Origin: a virus
Lineage: Duplodnaviria > Caudoviricetes
Strand: one strand, 5' to 3'
Virus record (IMG/VR): IMGVR_UViG_3300003375_000020
Location: 1-64,000 of that record
DNA length: 64,000 nt
The notes below the pieces were generated by a model. The model saw only the letters and a program-made list of their open reading frames with translations. It had not been told where the DNA came from and did no database searches. The position numbers and the translations under genes are program-made. Below are positions 20,726 through 30,939 of the stretch, in pieces (positions within the stretch are counted from its first letter, which is position 1; the number at the start of each line of letters is the position of its first letter).

Positions 20726-23029
20726 ATGGAAAAAAGTTATGTTTTAGTTAATACAAAGGAACTCGTGCAAGAAATGGCACGACATATATTAGAGAATGAT
20801 CTAATAGCATTCGATACAGAGACCACATCCTTAAATCCAAGAAAAGGAGAAATTATAGGTTGGTCAGTTTCAGCCCAAATTGGTAAAGGTTATTATCTTC
20901 CTACAAAATTATTCGAAAATAACGAATTAATAGATCACGTAATAGATTCAACATCTACATATTTCATTTCTCAAAAAATGATTAGCATGTTAGTTGGTAA
21001 AAAACTAATTATGCACAATGCTTCATTTGACTGTAGATTTACAAAAAATTATTTTAATGTAGATTTACTGCCTTCTTTATATGCTGATACAATGTTATTA
21101 GTGCACACAGTAAATGAAGAAGGCGCTGGATTTGGATCCAATTCTCCGTTTGGTTTAAAAAGTATAGCCAAATCAATTCAAACAGAACTTGGATTAGACA
21201 TAGAGAAAGCGGCCAATGAAGAACAGATTATATTGAAAGAATCCATCAAAAAAAATGGCGGATCAATTACAAGAGATAATTATGAAATTTGGAAAGCAGA
21301 TATAGAAATTTTGTCTGAATATGCAGCGGCCGATACAGATTTAACACTTAGAGTATACAATCACTTTATAAAAGATCTTTATGATCAAGAACTTGATAAA
21401 TTCTTTTTTGAAGATGAAGTAATGCCTTTGTACAAAGAAGTTACAATTCCTATGGAAGAAAAGGGTGTAAGATTGGATATGGATTTAATTCTCAAAACCC
21501 AAGAAGAAGTTACCCAAGCTCTTGAGGATCACAAGAAGAAGGTCGTTGATGAATTGCTTAGTAATGCTGAGGTTAAGTATTGGATCATGCTAAAAGCTGC
21601 CGATGCGTTCCCTGCGAATAACCGAGGCACATTTGCAGTAGAATTAATTAATAGAAGTGGAATAGATTTTCCAAAGTCAGAAAAAACGGGTAAATATAAC
21701 ATCACCAATTCTAACATTCTTAAAATAGAAGCGGGACCTTTAAAAGAATTCTTATTACACGGAGATAAACAAATCTTAGATCCTGATGATGTTACTAAAA
21801 TTCAATTAAAACTTTGGAAAGAGTCCAATGATGGGGATTGGTTTAACATACAATCTAAAGATCAGATGGGTGAAATTGCTTTTGGAGCTTTGGGCATAAA
21901 ACACAAATCGACCACAAAAACAGGAAAGCCACAATTTGACGACGATGTAATTCAAATTATCGGAGACACTGAAGAATGGGCAAAGAATTTAAGAATATAT
22001 AATAAGTTATTAAAAATTAAGTCTACATACGTAGAAAGATTTTTGGGTAATCAAGAAAACGGTCGATACTATTTTAGTTATAAGCAACACGGTACTGTAT
22101 CAGGAAGATACGGATCAGATGCACAACAATTACCTCGACCAAAAGAAGAGGGCGATGACGATCCAATAGTTATCGAATACAATAATAGAGTAAGAGCGTT
22201 CTTTATTCCTGACGAACATAACGTATTCATTGACGATGACTACGAATCATTGGAACCGCATGTATTTGCTCACGTTTCCGGAGACGAAGGCTTAAAAGAT
22301 ATTTTTAGAAATGGATGGGATTTTTATTCAACCATTGCGATAAAGACAGAAAAACTAAATGAATATTCTCCAGATAAAAAAGCAGATAACTATCTAAGAA
22401 AGCTAGCACCAAAATTAAGAAATAAAGCTAAAGCTTACGCTCTCGGTATACCTTATGGTATGGGCGCGTATGCATTAGGAAAAAATATAGAAGTGCCTAC
22501 GAAAGAAGCTAAAAAATTAGTTGAAGGTTATTTGTCTGGATTTCCTGAATTAGAGAAGTGGATGAGACGATCAGAAGATGATGCAAGAACTTTGGGATAC
22601 GTTAAAACACAGGTTGGTAGAATTAGACATTTACCAAAAGTAAAAGCCATCTATGAACAAATTGGAGATGCTATGTTGGATTACAACACAAAAAAACAAA
22701 TGTCTTATTCTCATGGTGAAGATTTTATTAAAAGCATTTCTAGGGATTTTATAAATGGATTAAACAATAGTAAAAATTATCAGATACAAAGTTTATCTGC
22801 TTCTATCGTAAACAGAGCAGCTATACAAATTAATAGAAGATTTAAACAGAATAATATAGTTGGATGGGTTTGCGCGCAAATACACGATCAGCTTATAATC
22901 GAAGTAGAAATTTCAAGATCAGAAGAAGCGATGTTTATAGTTCAAGATTGTATGGAAAATACTACAAAATTAACATTAGATTTAAAAGCAGTTCCTGTAT
23001 TGGCTAAGAACTTCAGAGATGGACACTAA
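20726..23029 (+). CDS. polA: DNA polymerase I-family replicative polymerase with 3'-5' exonuclease
   Basis: Exo I FDTETT; motif A DDDYESLEPH; motif B RNKAKAYALGIPYG; motif C QIHDQ. Confidence 0.92.
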   Translation: MEKSYVLVNTKELVQEMARHILENDLIAFDTETTSLNPRKGEIIGWSVSAQIGKGYYLPTKLFENNELIDHVIDSTSTYFISQKMISMLVGKKLIMHNASFDCRFTKNYFNVDLLPSLYADTMLLVHTVNEEGAGFGSNSPFGLKSIAKSIQTELGLDIEKAANEEQIILKESIKKNGGSITRDNYEIWKADIEILSEYAAADTDLTLRVYNHFIKDLYDQELDKFFFEDEVMPLYKEVTIPMEEKGVRLDMDLILKTQEEVTQALEDHKKKVVDELLSNAEVKYWIMLKAADAFPANNRGTFAVELINRSGIDFPKSEKTGKYNITNSNILKIEAGPLKEFLLHGDKQILDPDDVTKIQLKLWKESNDGDWFNIQSKDQMGEIAFGALGIKHKSTTKTGKPQFDDDVIQIIGDTEEWAKNLRIYNKLLKIKSTYVERFLGNQENGRYYFSYKQHGTVSGRYGSDAQQLPRPKEEGDDDPIVIEYNNRVRAFFIPDEHNVFIDDDYESLEPHVFAHVSGDEGLKDIFRNGWDFYSTIAIKTEKLNEYSPDKKADNYLRKLAPKLRNKAKAYALGIPYGMGAYALGKNIEVPTKEAKKLVEGYLSGFPELEKWMRRSEDDARTLGYVKTQVGRIRHLPKVKAIYEQIGDAMLDYNTKKQMSYSHGEDFIKSISRDFINGLNNSKNYQIQSLSASIVNRAAIQINRRFKQNNIVGWVCAQIHDQLIIEVEISRSEEAMFIVQDCMENTTKLTLDLKAVPVLAKNFRDGH

Positions 23030-23154
23030 AAAATTAAATTTTTTTATAAATGCTAGTTTGCGTATATTTATTAGAAATAATAGGTACTTAGTAGGCCTTT
23101 AGTTATAAAAAATAAACATAAACCGTTCACCAAAAGGGAACACAAAACTAAACC

Positions 23155-23736
23155 ATGGCGATAGTATATCAGCATAAAAGAAAAGATACTGGAGAGATAT
23201 TCTATGTGGGAATAGGAAAAGAAGAGAGTAGAGCTTATGAATATGGTAGAAATTATCTATGGCAAAAAATTGTAGATGAAACTGAATATGATATTGAAAT
23301 AACTCATAGAGATATTATTTATGAAGAGGCTTGTTCAATAGAAAAATATATCATAGCTTTTTGGGGAAGAAAAAATTTAGGACTCGGTCCATTAACCAAT
23401 TTAACGGATGGCGGAGATACAACAGAGGGATATAGACATACAGAAAACACAAAAGAAAAAATAAGCAATACATTAATTGGCTTTAAACACTCTCAAGAAT
23501 CAATTCAAAAAATTGCGGATTCTCATAAAGAAGCGCCATTATCTAATTATCATAGATACAAAATAAGTATCGGAAATTCAAATAAGCCAAAATCAAACGA
23601 ACATAGAAAATCATTAAGTTTTGCTAAATTAGGAGTAAAACATAAGATTGTGATTTGCCCGTGTTGTAATAAAAGCGGGGGAATAGTTAATATGCATAGA
23701 TATCATTTTGAAAATTGTAAATACATAAAAAAATGA
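23155..23736 (+). mobile_element. Free-standing GIY-YIG-like homing endonuclease with NUMOD3 repeats
   Basis: IVYQH...EIFYVGIG; LTNLTDGG; HTENTKEKIS and HSQESIQKI repeats. Confidence 0.8.
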
Positions 23737-23811
23737 CACGTAAATCGGTCACTAGTTATATAATAATTATTTATTAATCGCTCACTAAAAAGGAGCACAA
23801 ATTTTAAAACT

Positions 23812-24243
23812 ATGATAATACAAAAATCATTTGAATTGGACAATTTTGACCTATTATGGCGAGATCTTTTCGACACACAATCAAATTTCTCTGCAATTAC
23901 GCAGAAAGTAACACACCCAGTAGACATTTACGAAACCGAAGACGGAATTCAATTTGAAGTTGCCGCTGTAGGACTTAATCAAGAAGACATAGAAATTTTA
24001 ACCGAAGGAGATTTACTTCGTATTCGTTATGATGGTAAACAAAATAATGATAAATCCCCCATTTATAAGGGAATTAAAAGATCAGGATTCGACCTTAGTT
24101 GGAAAATTTCTAGTAAATTTGAATTATCTAAACTAACTGCTTCTTTAGATAAAGGATTGTTGATTCTAAACATTCCTATTGCAGAAGGTAAAGCAACAAA
24201 GAGAATAGAAATTACAACTCCAAAACAATTATTAAAAGGTTAA
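23812..24243 (+). CDS. Small heat-shock protein (Hsp20/IbpA family)
   Basis: HPVDIYET...EVAAVG and ASLDKGLLILNIP alpha-crystallin motifs. Confidence 0.9.
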   Translation: MIIQKSFELDNFDLLWRDLFDTQSNFSAITQKVTHPVDIYETEDGIQFEVAAVGLNQEDIEILTEGDLLRIRYDGKQNNDKSPIYKGIKRSGFDLSWKISSKFELSKLTASLDKGLLILNIPIAEGKATKRIEITTPKQLLKG

Positions 24244-24268
24244 AATAAGCCTACTAAGTACCTAAGTT

Positions 24269-24460
24269 ATGTTTTCAATTTGCAAAAATTTCATTAAAGT
24301 AAATGATGATCTTTTTCTTGTAAAAAGAACGTTTAAAGAAGAAGACATTAAAAATCTCGATTTAGCTAAAGAACTATTAGGAACTCCTCACGTTTTTAGA
24401 AATAACGGATTATTTTATTTTACTGAAAAAATAGAAGAACTAGAATTAATCACAGAATAA
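24269..24460 (+). CDS. Hypothetical protein
   Basis: 63-aa ORF within the chaperone operon. Confidence 0.5.
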   Translation: MFSICKNFIKVNDDLFLVKRTFKEEDIKNLDLAKELLGTPHVFRNNGLFYFTEKIEELELITE

Positions 24461-24465
24461 ATAAT

Positions 24466-24759
24466 ATGAGTAAATTAAATCCAAAAAATGGTTTCGCTAT
24501 ATTGAAACCGATAGAAGAACAAGAACAGACTTACGGAAATATCGTAATTCCTGATCTTGGAAAAGAACGTCCTGAAATGGGGGAAGTTATAGCAGTAAGC
24601 CAAACTTATAATTGGCACCGTGGAGAATACGTAGATTCTCAATTTGAAATTGGACAAAAAGTTCTAATTCCAAAAATGGGAACTATGAAAACCACAGTAG
24701 AAGGAGAAGATTATTTTATCACAAAAGACACAGAAATTCTATCTGTAATAGAAGACTAA
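24466..24759 (+). CDS. groES: Co-chaperonin GroES
   Basis: GNIVIPDLGKERPEMGEVIAV; adjacent to groEL. Confidence 0.92.
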   Translation: MSKLNPKNGFAILKPIEEQEQTYGNIVIPDLGKERPEMGEVIAVSQTYNWHRGEYVDSQFEIGQKVLIPKMGTMKTTVEGEDYFITKDTEILSVIED

Positions 24760-24763
24760 AATT

Positions 24764-26410
24764 ATGAGTAAAACACAATTCATTAAAGGACAAGAATTAA
24801 AAGAAAAATTATTCGCAGGAATTGAAAAATTAAATACTGCAGTTAGCTCTACATTAGGACCAGGAGGTAGAACTGTTTTAATTAAAGATTCAAACGGAGA
24901 AATTAAAGCTACAAAAGATGGAGTTTCCGTTGCAAAATCATTTGGAGAGTTGGAAGATCCAATTGAAACTATTGGTGCGACTTTAGTGAAACAAGTATCT
25001 ATTAAATCTGCAGACGAAGCAGGAGATGGTACAACAACATCTACTTTATTAGCAACTAAAATTGTTGAAGAAGGATTAAAAAATATCCGTCAGGGTACTA
25101 ATGCGGTTGAGATTAAATCAGGTATTGATGAAGCAGTAGAATTTATTATTAACGAAATTAAAAATAAAGCAGAAGACGTTTCATCTCAAGCACAAATTAA
25201 GCAAGTAGCAACTATTTCAGGAAACAATGATGAAGAAATTGGTAATTTAATTTCTACTGCGATTGAAAAAGTTGGTCGTGAAGGAGTTGTTACTATCGAA
25301 GAATCTAAAACTGGAGAAACTAGTTTGGAAGTCGTTGAAGGTATGCAATTTGATAGAGGATTTAAATCACCTTATTTTGTTACAAACAATACCGATATGA
25401 CTGCTGGCTTAGAAAGTCCATATATTTTATTGTATGATGGAAGAATCTCTTCGGCGCAAGAATTATTACAAGTATTAACTATTGCTAATGCTGAAAATAA
25501 ATCTTTATTGATCATCTCAGAAGACATTGGAGACGAAGCTTTAGCAACTCTTATCGTTAATAAAATGAGAGGAATCGTTAAAGTAGCCGCAGTTAAAGCT
25601 CCTGATTTTGGACCAAGAAAAACATTAATTTTAGAAGATATAGCAATTTTAACAGGTGGTACAGTTATTTCTAAAGATAAAGGACACAAATTAGATAAAT
25701 TAACAGCTGCTCAAATTTCAAGTTTTTTAGGTAATGCGAGAATGGCTACAATTTCTAAAGAAGAAACAACAATCGTAGATGGTAAAGGTAGTGCAGATGC
25801 AATTGAACAGAGAGCTGAAGAAATTAAAGAGCAAATTGAAAAAGCAACCTCTTTCTATGAAAAAGAAAAATTACAAGAAAGACTTGGTAAATTAATTGGC
25901 GGGGTTGCAATCATTAATGTTGGAGGAAATTCAGACATTGAAATTAAAGAAAAGAAAGACAGAGTAGAAGATGCTCTATACGCAACTAAAGCAGCATTGG
26001 CCGACGGTATTGTTGTTGGAGGTGGTGTGGCTCTTTATAAAGCAGCTCAAAAATTAAAATCAACTGGATTATCTTTATCTTCTGAAATCGCCTACGGAAT
26101 TGTAAAGAAAGCATGCGAAGCTCCATTTAAAACTATCTTAGCTAATACTGGAAAAGAAAATTGGTATGAAATTGCTCAAGAAGTAATGACATCGTCGAAT
26201 CTTAACGCTACGTATGATGCAAAAGTTGGTAAAGTAGTAGATGCTATTGAGCACGGATTAATTGATCCGGCTAAAGTAGTAATTACTGCACTTAAAAATG
26301 CGTCTTCAGTTGCCGGAACAATTCTTACTACAGAATCGGTGATCTTTGAAAAGAAAGCAAAAGACGAAACTACCTCAGATCCGATGATGGGTATGGGTGG
26401 AATGATGTAA
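24764..26410 (+). CDS. groEL: Chaperonin GroEL
   Basis: [15 protein letters not shown] and GMQFDRG motifs; GGM tail. Confidence 0.97.
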   Translation: MSKTQFIKGQELKEKLFAGIEKLNTAVSSTLGPGGRTVLIKDSNGEIKATKDGVSVAKSFGELEDPIETIGATLVKQVSIKSADEAGDGTTTSTLLATKIVEEGLKNIRQGTNAVEIKSGIDEAVEFIINEIKNKAEDVSSQAQIKQVATISGNNDEEIGNLISTAIEKVGREGVVTIEESKTGETSLEVVEGMQFDRGFKSPYFVTNNTDMTAGLESPYILLYDGRISSAQELLQVLTIANAENKSLLIISEDIGDEALATLIVNKMRGIVKVAAVKAPDFGPRKTLILEDIAILTGGTVISKDKGHKLDKLTAAQISSFLGNARMATISKEETTIVDGKGSADAIEQRAEEIKEQIEKATSFYEKEKLQERLGKLIGGVAIINVGGNSDIEIKEKKDRVEDALYATKAALADGIVVGGGVALYKAAQKLKSTGLSLSSEIAYGIVKKACEAPFKTILANTGKENWYEIAQEVMTSSNLNATYDAKVGKVVDAIEHGLIDPAKVVITALKNASSVAGTILTTESVIFEKKAKDETTSDPMMGMGGMM

Positions 26411-26477
26411 GTTTTAAGTGGAAAGATAAATTTCCTTAATTGAAAATAAGTAGTTATATTAGTATAAATAATAAGTT

Positions 26478-27413
26478 ATGAAAATAGGATTAATTAGCAT
26501 GCTAGGAAATGTTGGTACCACACTAAACTCTCAAGGTGGAGCGTATGGATTAATAGTAACTAGAATGCTTAAAGATAATCATCCGCAAGATGAAGTTATA
26601 GCGAACCCCGATCCAAAAGATTGGGGTTCTTTTGATATACTATACGATTGTGAAGGAGTCAATTTTGTAGCAGGATCTTTTAATATTCCTGGTGGACCAC
26701 GACCCATTCACAAAGAAAAAATGCAAGCCATTGCAGACTTTAAAGGAGTGCTTAGATTCTCTGATATTATATTTGACTATAACAAATTTAATGCTAGATT
26801 AAAAATAGAAAATGTGCAATATCCAGATGTTAATCATATCTCGTGGTATAATACTTTTTTATCACAAGGATTTAAATCTAAAAAAGCAGTGATTGGAGAT
26901 TCTCATGCATTATCAGTGTGGAGACCAAAACATACACTAGACTTTACTCCTGGTAGAACATTGTATGGATTTCTAAAAAGAGAATCTCCAGAATCGTATA
27001 ACGAAACATTCGATGATGTTACACTATATTTTGGAAATATTGATTTAAGATTTCATTTATATAGACAACAAAATCCAGAAGGCGCAACAAAAGAATTATT
27101 TGAAAGATACATTGATTTTGCAAGACAATTAAAAAATCCTACTTTAGTAGAACCTTTACCAATCGAGCATGAATCAAGAAAAATTCCTGGTACAGGATTA
27201 TATAAAAAGCAACCATTCTTTGGATCAAGAAATGAAAGAATGCGATTAAGACAAGTTGCAGTAGACGTATTAAGAAATTCTGGTTTTCCATTAATACAAT
27301 GGCCAGAAGAATGGATAGACGAAGATGGTACTAAAATGCTAGATATTCTAGAGTCTAAAAGTTCAGTGCATTTAAAACCGAAGAATTATCCATTTTTAAA
27401 AGAAATACTATGA
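26478..27413 (+). CDS. T4 beta-glucosyltransferase N-domain-like / SGNH-fold fusion, putative DNA base-modifying transferase
   Basis: N-terminus MKIGLISMLGNV...SFNIPGG resembles T4 BGT; C-half has VIGDSH, YFGNID and a terminal SVH (SGNH-like blocks). Confidence 0.5.
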   Translation: MKIGLISMLGNVGTTLNSQGGAYGLIVTRMLKDNHPQDEVIANPDPKDWGSFDILYDCEGVNFVAGSFNIPGGPRPIHKEKMQAIADFKGVLRFSDIIFDYNKFNARLKIENVQYPDVNHISWYNTFLSQGFKSKKAVIGDSHALSVWRPKHTLDFTPGRTLYGFLKRESPESYNETFDDVTLYFGNIDLRFHLYRQQNPEGATKELFERYIDFARQLKNPTLVEPLPIEHESRKIPGTGLYKKQPFFGSRNERMRLRQVAVDVLRNSGFPLIQWPEEWIDEDGTKMLDILESKSSVHLKPKNYPFLKEIL

Positions 27414-28318
27414 CATTTGAAATTACAACAGATGTAAGAAATAAAGACATTCCAGAAGGAATGAGTGTAGAACAGGCTAAACAATATTATTTAGATATGT
27501 ACGGAACAGGATTTGTTTCGAGAATGCCTAAAGTAATAATAGAACCATTTGAAGATAAGTTTATTGTTCGATGTGATTTATCTTTAGCAGGATTTAAAGC
27601 GTTTGCTGCAGAAAAAGTAATCGCAGAATGTCCTAAAGATACGTTTGTTTACGTAGCACCAAGAGTTGGTCACGCACCCGAAGCAATTGCGAATTTAGCT
27701 CAATTATATGGTAAAAAATGTGTATTCTTTGCTCCTGCTTCAAAAGAAGTTTCAAAGCATCAAGCAGTTGTAATGGCTTACGGAGCTGATCTAAGATTTG
27801 TTAAAACTCCTGCGATGCCGACAATTAATATTTACGCTAAAAGATGGGCAGAAAAAAATAATGCTCAATATTTAAATTTTGGTTTATCAGGAATTCCAGC
27901 AGTAACAGCCGGAATTGTAAATTTTGCTAATGGTATTCCAGAACCACCAGAATTTTGGTGTGCAGTATCAACAGGAACTATGATCAGAGGTTTACAAATT
28001 GGTTGGCCAAATGCTAAACCTTACGGTGTTGCGGTTGCAAGAAATATAAAGAAAGGCGAAATTGGTAGAGCGATTTTAGAAAGCGCAACAATACCATTTT
28101 TAAAACCGCTTAAAGCAGAATTACTTCCTCCGTTTCAAACAACTGCCACCTATGATGCCAAAGCATTCGATGTATTCAGAAGAAAAGCAAAAGCGGGTGC
28201 TTATTTTATTAATGTTGGTGCTGACGCTCAAATAGAAAAAAGAGTTAAAGAAGTAGATATGAAATCAGTAGATTCTCAAAGGGCTTGGGGAGATATGAGA
28301 GATTTAGAAAGAGCATAA
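27410..28318 (+). CDS. PLP-dependent fold-type II (PALP) enzyme
   Basis: AGFK Schiff-base Lys; VSTGT phosphate loop; TYDAKAF. Confidence 0.75.
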   Translation: MTFEITTDVRNKDIPEGMSVEQAKQYYLDMYGTGFVSRMPKVIIEPFEDKFIVRCDLSLAGFKAFAAEKVIAECPKDTFVYVAPRVGHAPEAIANLAQLYGKKCVFFAPASKEVSKHQAVVMAYGADLRFVKTPAMPTINIYAKRWAEKNNAQYLNFGLSGIPAVTAGIVNFANGIPEPPEFWCAVSTGTMIRGLQIGWPNAKPYGVAVARNIKKGEIGRAILESATIPFLKPLKAELLPPFQTTATYDAKAFDVFRRKAKAGAYFINVGADAQIEKRVKEVDMKSVDSQRAWGDMRDLERA

Positions 28319-28329
28319 AATAATGTAAT

Positions 28330-28512
28330 ATGCAAATAGGAACTATAATAATATCTGAACCATACATACAATCTGACTATGATGTATCTAAAAAAGTTTT
28401 ATATATAATGGAATCTAATATTAGAAGAATGAAGCATATGATAGATAATGGATTTTATGTAAGTGAATATTCAGAAAAAGCATGGCAACAATTTAAAGCA
28501 TTAAACGTATAA
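28330..28512 (+). CDS. Hypothetical protein
   Basis: 60-aa ORF, tightly packed with neighbours. Confidence 0.45.
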   Translation: MQIGTIIISEPYIQSDYDVSKKVLYIMESNIRRMKHMIDNGFYVSEYSEKAWQQFKALNV

Positions 28513-28513
28513 T

Positions 28514-28807
28514 ATGGCAACAGTAAAAAAACAAAGTATTTTACAACAAGCGCATGAAATAGTTTTTGAAAGAAATGAAGAGAAAGAACGCATGTACGGT
28601 GACTTTATAGAAGGCATGGAACAAACCGCCAGAATCGCATCAGAGATGTCCAGGAAAGAAATAACTACACAAGATGCTTATAATGTATTAATAGCATTAA
28701 AGCTATCCAGAGCGTCTTGGAATTACAAACAGGATAACTATTTAGACGCTTTAGCATACATGGCGTCATTAGATCAGTATTTAAACACAAAAAATAAAAT
28801 AAAATGA
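28514..28807 (+). CDS. DUF6378-like (nucleotide diphosphohydrolase-related) protein
   Basis: ILQQAHEIV...RMYGD...LKLSR...DNYLDALAY pattern. Confidence 0.7.
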   Translation: MATVKKQSILQQAHEIVFERNEEKERMYGDFIEGMEQTARIASEMSRKEITTQDAYNVLIALKLSRASWNYKQDNYLDALAYMASLDQYLNTKNKIK

Positions 28808-28956
28808 CAGTAGAAGAAAAAGCAGCAATTTATGATCAAATAGATCAATTTTTATCAGAATGTTATGAAGTAGATGAACAAGGAAATCCACTTGATGAAG
28901 ATATGGATTTAATTGTAATTGGTGAAGGAGTTGCTAATATAATGGGATATCTTTAA
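28804..28956 (+). CDS. Small acidic hypothetical protein (not in ORF track)
   Basis: ATGA overlap with upstream stop; 50 aa MTVEEKAAIYDQ...MGYL. Confidence 0.45.
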   Translation: MTVEEKAAIYDQIDQFLSECYEVDEQGNPLDEDMDLIVIGEGVANIMGYL

Positions 28957-28966
28957 AATAAATAAT

Positions 28967-29242
28967 ATGTGCGTAGTATCAATGATAGGTGATCATTATA
29001 ATCATAAATGGAATCAGCCTAATTATCAACAATATTTTACAAATATACATAACATTAGCAGAGAAGAATTTAATACTCTTAAAAAAGAAGTTGAAGAAAT
29101 GAAACAGCTTCTTATAAAAGCTAAAATTTATGATGAAAAAAATAATGAACCTAATTGTGAAATAGAGAACAAAATTGCAACTCTAAAAAAAATAGCGGAA
29201 TTAATGGGTGTAAATCTTAATGATGTTTTTAAAGAAAAATAA
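28967..29242 (+). CDS. Hypothetical coiled-coil protein
   Basis: 91-aa ORF. Confidence 0.5.
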   Translation: MCVVSMIGDHYNHKWNQPNYQQYFTNIHNISREEFNTLKKEVEEMKQLLIKAKIYDEKNNEPNCEIENKIATLKKIAELMGVNLNDVFKEK

Positions 29243-29247
29243 ATAAT

Positions 29248-29484
29248 ATGAATGAATTAGTTTCAAATGATGGTCAACTATTTGTTAAATTAGACCGAAC
29301 AGATGTATTACACATCGATGCCGGAAATTCTCCAGGTATGACTACGTATAAAGGAAAATTAAATTGGGAAGTAGAATATAATTATTTTTTAAAACCTGGT
29401 ACAGGATCTTTGGTTTTAAAAGTACCATTAACAGTATCTGATGAAGATATGATGAATAACTATACAAATTATATAATACACTAA
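29248..29484 (+). CDS. Hypothetical protein
   Basis: 78-aa ORF. Confidence 0.45.
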   Translation: MNELVSNDGQLFVKLDRTDVLHIDAGNSPGMTTYKGKLNWEVEYNYFLKPGTGSLVLKVPLTVSDEDMMNNYTNYIIH

Positions 29485-29485
29485 T

Positions 29486-30040
29486 ATGGAAATAAAACCA
29501 AAAGAAAGGACTTTGCATTTCGCAAAACAAGTAGATCAAGATAGTATTAATCTTTTAACTAAATCTATTTTAGAAATTAATGAAGACGATGAGTATTTAA
29601 TAAAGTTAGCAGGTATTAACGATTTAGTATACATTCCAAAACCCATTAAGATTTATATTGATTCTTACGGTGGAGCAGTGTATCAAATGTTTGGTTTATT
29701 GGGTGTGATAGAAAAATCAAAAGTACCAATACACACAATTGTAACAGGTTGCGCAATGAGTTGTGGATTCATGATCTCTATAACTGGACATAGACGTTTT
29801 GCTTATGATAAAGCTACTTTCTTATATCATCAAGTAAGTACAGGTTTTTGGGGAAAAGCTAAAGACATGGAAGAAGACTTAGCTGAAATGCTTCGTTTAC
29901 AAAAAATGATCGAAGATCAAACATTAGCAAAAACAAAATTAACAAAAAAACAATTAAAAGAGTGTTACGATGGTAAGAAAGATTGGTCTTTCAATGCAGA
30001 AGAAGCATTATCATATCAAATAATTGATGAAATAATATAA
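29486..30040 (+). CDS. clpP: ClpP-like serine protease subunit
   Basis: IYIDSYGG, AMSCG (catalytic Ser) and FLYHQ (His) motifs. Confidence 0.85.
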   Translation: MEIKPKERTLHFAKQVDQDSINLLTKSILEINEDDEYLIKLAGINDLVYIPKPIKIYIDSYGGAVYQMFGLLGVIEKSKVPIHTIVTGCAMSCGFMISITGHRRFAYDKATFLYHQVSTGFWGKAKDMEEDLAEMLRLQKMIEDQTLAKTKLTKKQLKECYDGKKDWSFNAEEALSYQIIDEII

Positions 30041-30041
30041 T

Positions 30042-30434
30042 ATGGAAATTTTAATTATTATTGGATATTTCTTTTTTACAACTTTTGCAATTTTTGGATT
30101 AATTAATTTTTTACATAATAGAAAAATAGACATGAATTTAACAAACGAATTTTACTCAATTAGAGAATGGGCACAAGATAAAGGCATTTATGATAAAGGA
30201 GATGCAAAGACTCAATACATTAAATTATTAGAAGAAACAGGTGAATTGGCGAAAGCAATTCTAAAAGAAGACGAAGAAGAATTTGTAGACGCTATTGGTG
30301 ATTGTGTGGTAGTACTTACCAATCTTGCTAAATTAAAAGGGTATAATATTGAAGATTGCATTAACTCTGCTTACGAAGTTATTGCTAAGAGAAAAGGAAC
30401 CATGCAAAACGGAAGTTTTGTTAAAGAATCTTAA
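30042..30434 (+). CDS. MazG-like nucleotide pyrophosphohydrolase
   Basis: KLLEETGELAKA...DAIGD motif; alternative start at ATG 30132. Confidence 0.85.
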   Translation: MEILIIIGYFFFTTFAIFGLINFLHNRKIDMNLTNEFYSIREWAQDKGIYDKGDAKTQYIKLLEETGELAKAILKEDEEEFVDAIGDCVVVLTNLAKLKGYNIEDCINSAYEVIAKRKGTMQNGSFVKES

Positions 30435-30435
30435 T

Positions 30436-30939
30436 ATGACAAAACAAAAAAGATTAGACATTGTTTTTTTAAACATAGCGAAAGAAGTATCTGCTCTATC
30501 TCACTGTGTTAGAGCTAAAGTTGGTTGCGTTATTGTTAAAGACGGTAACGTAATTAGCTTTGGTTATAACGGCACTCCTACTGGAATGGATAATTGTTGC
30601 GAAGATAAGTTGCGTATGAATGGCGATGAAGGAGGTTGGATCGATCCAGAAACCATTGAAGCTCAATACCCTTTTGAAGATGATCATGGAAGGTACAGAT
30701 TATTTTCTAAACCCGAAGTATTACACGCAGAATCAAATGCAATTCTTAAAGCAGCAAAAATGGGGTTTTCTACTAACGAAGCCACTATGTATTTAACTCT
30801 TTCTCCATGTATTGATTGCGCGAAACTTATTCTGCAATCGGGAATAAAAAAAGTTATATATTCTGAATTATTCTATCGAGATAATGGTAGTGTAGAATTT
30901 TTAAAACAATTTATTGAAGTAGAACACTATGAATTTTAG
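30436..30939 (+). CDS. dCMP deaminase
   Basis: HCVRAKVG, GYNG, HAESNA and SPCIDC motifs; ATG 30436 preferred as start. Confidence 0.92.
   Translation: MTKQKRLDIVFLNIAKEVSALSHCVRAKVGCVIVKDGNVISFGYNGTPTGMDNCCEDKLRMNGDEGGWIDPETIEAQYPFEDDHGRYRLFSKPEVLHAESNAILKAAKMGFSTNEATMYLTLSPCIDCAKLILQSGIKKVIYSELFYRDNGSVEFLKQFIEVEHYEF

Larger units (their letters stand above)
23081..24264. repeat. Perfect 16-bp long-range inverted repeat flanking the endonuclease and hsp20 genes
   Basis: TAGGTACTTAGTAGGC (23081-23096) and GCCTACTAAGTACCTA (24249-24264). Confidence 0.85.
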
